This document shows, in pieces, positions 60,304-64,000 of a stretch of 64,000 nt of DNA (position 1 is its first letter; each line of letters starts with the position of its first letter). A program made the position numbers and the translations under genes. The notes beneath the pieces are model-generated. The model was not told the DNA's origin. It saw nothing but the letters and a program-made list of their open reading frames with translations, and made no database searches. The stretch is from an uncultured Candidatus Binatia bacterium (lineage in GTDB: Bacteria > Desulfobacterota > Binatia > UBA9968 > CAXXLF01): assembly GCA_965218425.1 (NCBI GenBank), contig OZ244621.1:1568001-1632000 (forward strand), written 5' to 3'.

Positions 60304-60479
60304 AACAATGACAGAGATCGAAACAGGGACAGACGAAGAAAGACGGTAAACAGCGCGCAGTAAGCAGTAAAAACAGTGTAAAGTGTTAAGGGGACACGCA
60401 AGGCGCAAAGGGATAACAGACCGAATTCACGTAACACTCGACCCAATTCTGCTGAAGGCATCGAGGAGGAACTAAGAAC
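60304..60479 (+). repeat. Intergenic modular short-repeat tract (similar tract at 59955-60057)
   Basis: GCAGTAAGCAGTAA (60357) and ACACGCAAGGCGCAAAGG. Upstream: GTGAATCGTTACTCGTCAACAGTCAATCGT and ACTAAACCATTAACTAATGACTAAATAACT. Confidence 0.55.
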
Positions 60480-61271
60480 ATGGATCTTGGACTGAAGGGG
60501 AAGGTGGCGTTAGTAGCCGGATCAAGTAAAGGTATAGGGCGGGCGATTGCCCTGGGGTTTGCCCGTGAGGGGGTCAAAGTAGGAATCTGTGCAAGGGGTG
60601 AGGAGGGGGTCCGGGAGGCGGCTGAATCGATCCGCCGCGAGACCGCTACGGAGGTTCTTGCTGTGGTCGCCGACATGACTCGCTCTGATGATATTAAAAA
60701 CTTTGTCGCCAAGACGGCGGAGAAATTCGGCCGGATCGATGTCGTGTTGACCAATGCCGGTGGACCACCGCCGGGGGAGTTCATGAAGTTTACGGACACC
60801 GACTGGGAAAAAGCCTTTGAGCTAAGCTTTCTCAGTACGCTCCGGCTCACCCGCGAGGCGGTGCCACACTTACGCAAGGTCGGGGGTGGCCGCATCATTA
60901 ATATCAGCTCTTATGCAATCAAAGAGCCTATCGCCGGTCTGGTTCTGTCAAACGCAATTCGCAATGGGGTCATCGGTCTGGCCAAGACACTCTCCCGCGA
61001 GTTGTCGAAGGACAAAATTCTCATCAACAATGTTTGCCCGGGCAGAATCGATACCGAACGTCACCGCAAGCTCAATGAGGATCGCGCCAAACGCTGGAAT
61101 CGACCATTGGAAGAAGTCAATAAAGAAATGAAGGGAGAAGTCCCCTTGGGTCGCTATGGGGAACCTGCAGAGGTGGCGGATCTGGTGGTCTTTCTCGCCT
61201 CCGAAAGGGCAAGCTACATGACTGGCAACACCATCCAGATCGACGGAGGTTTGGTCAAGTCCACTTACTAA
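60480..61271 (+). CDS. Short-chain dehydrogenase/reductase (FabG-like, atypical active site)
   Basis: AGSSKGIG, TNAGGPPPG, LSNAIR in place of YxxxK, and CPGRIDT. Confidence 0.88.
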   Translation: MDLGLKGKVALVAGSSKGIGRAIALGFAREGVKVGICARGEEGVREAAESIRRETATEVLAVVADMTRSDDIKNFVAKTAEKFGRIDVVLTNAGGPPPGEFMKFTDTDWEKAFELSFLSTLRLTREAVPHLRKVGGGRIINISSYAIKEPIAGLVLSNAIRNGVIGLAKTLSRELSKDKILINNVCPGRIDTERHRKLNEDRAKRWNRPLEEVNKEMKGEVPLGRYGEPAEVADLVVFLASERASYMTGNTIQIDGGLVKSTY

Positions 61272-61291
61272 ACGGTGGGGTTAGGAGAGTT

Positions 61292-61624
61292 ATGGTGCTC
61301 TATTTTATCCAGTGGGACCTTCCGGATCAAAAAGCAAATCTCACCATCTACGAAAACAAGGCAAAAAACGATTGGTTGCCCTTGACTCTGAGCCATGAGG
61401 GTGTGCGAGAGGTTCGCAACTACCGCAATCCTCTGGAAGTAACACCCCAGGTCGCCATCAGCATCGAATTCGAATCCATCGATACCTGGCGGAGCTTTAT
61501 TAATTCTCAGGACTATATTCGCATCATGCGCGAGCTCCGGATCCTTGGCTGCCACAATTTCACCGCTCGTCTGTGGGCTCCCTCGAAATACTTTCCCGAA
61601 TCACTTACCCCTAAAGACAAGTAG
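61292..61624 (+). CDS. Hypothetical protein, possibly a dimeric alpha/beta barrel
   Basis: GGAG RBS, co-oriented 20 bp after the SDR, and GVREVRNYRNP...IEFESIDTW. Confidence 0.65.
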   Translation: MVLYFIQWDLPDQKANLTIYENKAKNDWLPLTLSHEGVREVRNYRNPLEVTPQVAISIEFESIDTWRSFINSQDYIRIMRELRILGCHNFTARLWAPSKYFPESLTPKDK

Positions 61625-61639
61625 GGGATAGGCCGCGAC

Positions 61640-61973
61640 TGTCATAATTCCATCGTCGTGATTGGCGGTGCCTCTCTCGCCGCAATCGCTATGGAACAAG
61701 CCAGCTTGATGACCATCGGCATCAGGTCGGCACTGGAGATTGCCGTTAGCACCCACGGGGCACTGCACTACACCTTTGTGCGCATATGCCCTTGCCGCCC
61801 GTATCGGGATGCGAGGAATGCTTATCACTGCACCTTTTCCCGCGGTGGGCGCTGGAATCGTCGCAGTCCTACTCACGGGGGCCGACATCAACTACTATCT
61901 CTCCCAGCGTCCGCCCGTCTTCTGGGTTGCCGTCTTCCTGCTCGGCATCGTAGCCGCCGCACTCTCGATATAA
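61640..61973 (+). pseudogene. Fragment of a membrane-anchored glycerophosphodiester phosphodiesterase-like gene
   Basis: EQASLMTIG and LLTGADINYYLSQRPPVFW lie in different frames. Confidence 0.5.
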
Positions 61974-62180
61974 GCCGTTGCAGTGGAAGTGCCAAGCATG
62001 GCGCCCACCATGGTCGAGCCGCTGTCAGCGATGAGCGTCTTCTTGAGTCGGGGAAAGTGTCCCTCGGCATCGAGGAAGCCGGCTCTCTGGGCAATCCCAA
62101 TCAGAGTTCCTGTGGAGTCGAAGACGTCAAGCGGCAGAAAGGTGAAGACGATGGTCACCAGACATGCAATGCCGTTAACC
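61950..62180 (-). pseudogene. Internal fragment of an NCS2/AzgA purine permease
   Basis: DVFDSTGTLIGIAQRAG...LIADS...GAMLGTSTATAYIESAA. Confidence 0.75.
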
Positions 62181-62274
62181 CGGGGTATCAATTGTAGTAA
62201 TGCTCGATCCCGCCGATTGTTCGTGGTCGGCCTGCAATTGAACGGACACGATCTCCCCCCTAACGAGGTGGCGT

Positions 62275-63342
62275 ATGAGAATTTATCATGCACACAGGAA
62301 TTCAATGGTGACGTTCTGTGGTGCCCTTCTCTTTTTTCTTTTCGTCTTGACCCTTCACGAAGTAGCGGCGGCCCCTTATTATGAGGGCAAAACCATCACC
62401 ATTGTCCGAGGGGGAACACCGGGAGGAACCGGTGAAAGGCAGGCCAGGACCGTCGTCCCGTTTCTTAAGAAATATATTCCGGGTAGCCCCTCCATCGTTG
62501 TGCTACACATGCCGGGTGCTGCCGGGAGGAAGGCCGCCAACTATGTCTACAATATACGGCGTAAAGACGTTACCCTCGCGGCTATTGGAGGCGGGCTCGC
62601 CATCGGCCCCATCCTGGAACTCCCAGGGGTCAAATACGATCTAAACAATCTCAATTATCTGGGCTCCACGGAAAGCGGAACTCCCTACCTCTTTTACACA
62701 AGAAAGGAGGCAGGTTTAGATTCGCTGGATAAACTTCGCGCGGCCCCCGTGGTCAAGGTGGGCGGCCAGACGGCAGGTCATCCCATCTATTACAGTGCCA
62801 GAATGATCGCCTATATTCTTAATTTGAAAAACCAGAAATACGTTACCGGGTACTCGGGGAGAGAGATGGATCTCGCTGTGCTCCGGGGGGAGATCGACGG
62901 CAGAACGAACAATGCCACCACTTTACTCAGGAGAAACCCGGAGTGGGTGCAAAGAGGGATGATCAACCTGCACGTGACCATCACTGTCCCCAAAGGGAAG
63001 TTTCACCCGCGCTTCAAGAATGTTCCCGCCTTGGACTCCTTTGCCAAGACGGACATGGATCGCAAGCTGCTCGGTATGTTCCGCGCGCTCCTGTATCCGC
63101 GGTGGCCATTCTTCCTGGCGCCGGGGGCTCCCAAGGAGAGCGTTAAAACACTCAAAGAGGCCTTCCGCAAAACCTTTCAGGACCCTGAATTTAAGAAGCA
63201 TTTCAAGAAACTGATGGGAACCGATGCTTCGCCCCTCAATGCAGAAGATGTGAAACGGGCCATTGCAGCCATTCCCCGCGATCCTGAGGTGCTGACTCTT
63301 TTCAAGGCCCTCGCGGGACCAGGGCCACTACCGTCACGCTGA
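62275..63342 (+). CDS. Bug/TctC tripartite tricarboxylate transporter receptor
   Basis: Signal peptide, YYEGKTITI, PGG, MPGAAG and GYSG..MDLAVLRGEIDG. The start may be 62305. Confidence 0.85.
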   Translation: MRIYHAHRNSMVTFCGALLFFLFVLTLHEVAAAPYYEGKTITIVRGGTPGGTGERQARTVVPFLKKYIPGSPSIVVLHMPGAAGRKAANYVYNIRRKDVTLAAIGGGLAIGPILELPGVKYDLNNLNYLGSTESGTPYLFYTRKEAGLDSLDKLRAAPVVKVGGQTAGHPIYYSARMIAYILNLKNQKYVTGYSGREMDLAVLRGEIDGRTNNATTLLRRNPEWVQRGMINLHVTITVPKGKFHPRFKNVPALDSFAKTDMDRKLLGMFRALLYPRWPFFLAPGAPKESVKTLKEAFRKTFQDPEFKKHFKKLMGTDASPLNAEDVKRAIAAIPRDPEVLTLFKALAGPGPLPSR

Positions 63343-63408
63343 GGGGCGCTGGTGATTCAATTGGAATTCTATTCCTAGGATAGTTGGGGGAGAGTTCGAT
63401 ATACAGGC

Positions 63409-64000
63409 CTAGCGGTGAGCCTTGACCCCCACCCTGTCGCAATACTTTTCCACCGGGCATTGAGTGCAAACCGGCGAGATGGGTCGACAGAGATGCTGGC
63501 CAAAAGTAACCAGCAGGTCATTGTACTCAATCCAATATTTGGGGGGCAGTTTCTCCCTCAAGGCGAATTCGGTCTTCTCAGGAGTCGTCGTTTTCACATA
63601 TCCCCAGCGGTTGGAGATGCGATGCACGTGGGTATCCACACAAATCCCAGGTTTACGAAACCCCAAGGTAACCACAAGATTAGCAGTCTTCCGACCTACA
63701 CCCTTGAGTTTGAGTAACTCATCGATGTCAGCGGGGACCTTCCCGGAATAATCTTCCTTAATGACCTTGCATATCTCGCGAATGTTTTGTGCCTTGACTC
63801 GGTAAAAGCCAACCGGGAAAATCGCTTTTTCGATGGTTTTTACGGGCAGCTCCAACATCTTTTCAGGTGTTTGGGCGAGGGCAAACAACCGGCGACAGGC
63901 TTGGGAGGTGGTGTTATCCTGGGTCCGCAGGCTCAAGACACAGGAAATAAGAATATGAAAGGGGCTATGTCGTGACTCGGCCATGAGTGTAACAATGGGC
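63409..64000 (-). CDS. nth: Endonuclease III (5' end probably outside window)
   Basis: LKGVGRKTA (HhH), VDTHV and the C-x6-C-x2-C-x5-C [4Fe-4S] motif. Confidence 0.92.
   Translation of the reverse strand, partial: PIVTLMAESRHSPFHILISCVLSLRTQDNTTSQACRRLFALAQTPEKMLELPVKTIEKAIFPVGFYRVKAQNIREICKVIKEDYSGKVPADIDELLKLKGVGRKTANLVVTLGFRKPGICVDTHVHRISNRWGYVKTTTPEKTEFALREKLPPKYWIEYNDLLVTFGQHLCRPISPVCTQCPVEKYCDRVGVKAHR

Noticed and set aside
25420..60479. CRISPR array or RNA gene within the repeat-rich spacers
   Set aside because: There is no constant repeat with regular unique spacers, no cas genes, and no tRNA cloverleaf or rRNA-like sequence recognised.

Overview
The window has two compositionally different parts. 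Bases 1 to about 21,300 are accessory DNA that is mostly GC-rich. They start with the end of a phage/ICE-like module (HGGxSTG and KTSC genes). Next is an ~11 kb defence island encoding a STAND-type ATPase fused to a PRTase-like effector, an ABC-ATPase/TOPRIM (PARIS-like) fusion, a Type I R-M system with fused HsdM-HsdS, and a toxin-antitoxin pair whose toxin is internally deleted. Two ~91% identical 145-bp IS110/IS1111-like left-end remnants, cut at the same base, bracket that island. After it come a probably catalytically dead exported dienelactone hydrolase, an outer-membrane beta-barrel and a DUF1302-DUF1329-YCF48-RND cluster. From about 21,300 to 64,000 is lower-GC backbone, which by gene repertoire resembles Deltaproteobacteria/Binatia (inference). 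It carries ybbP-ybbA-tesA, two Rieske oxygenase alpha subunits, tdh-kbl, a UbiD/ABC/SDR operon, lrp-gltB, an L,D-transpeptidase, a LigB/LigA-like dioxygenase, a Bug/TctC receptor, nth and one intact IS3 element with a 3-bp target duplication. Three things are not shown by the ORF track: a UGA-containing (U-P-W-C) peroxiredoxin-like selenoprotein gene, many genes with clean internal deletions, and a family of intergenic spacers built from shared short modular repeats. No rRNA, tRNA or CRISPR array was seen. All family assignments come from motifs read by eye, not from database searches.
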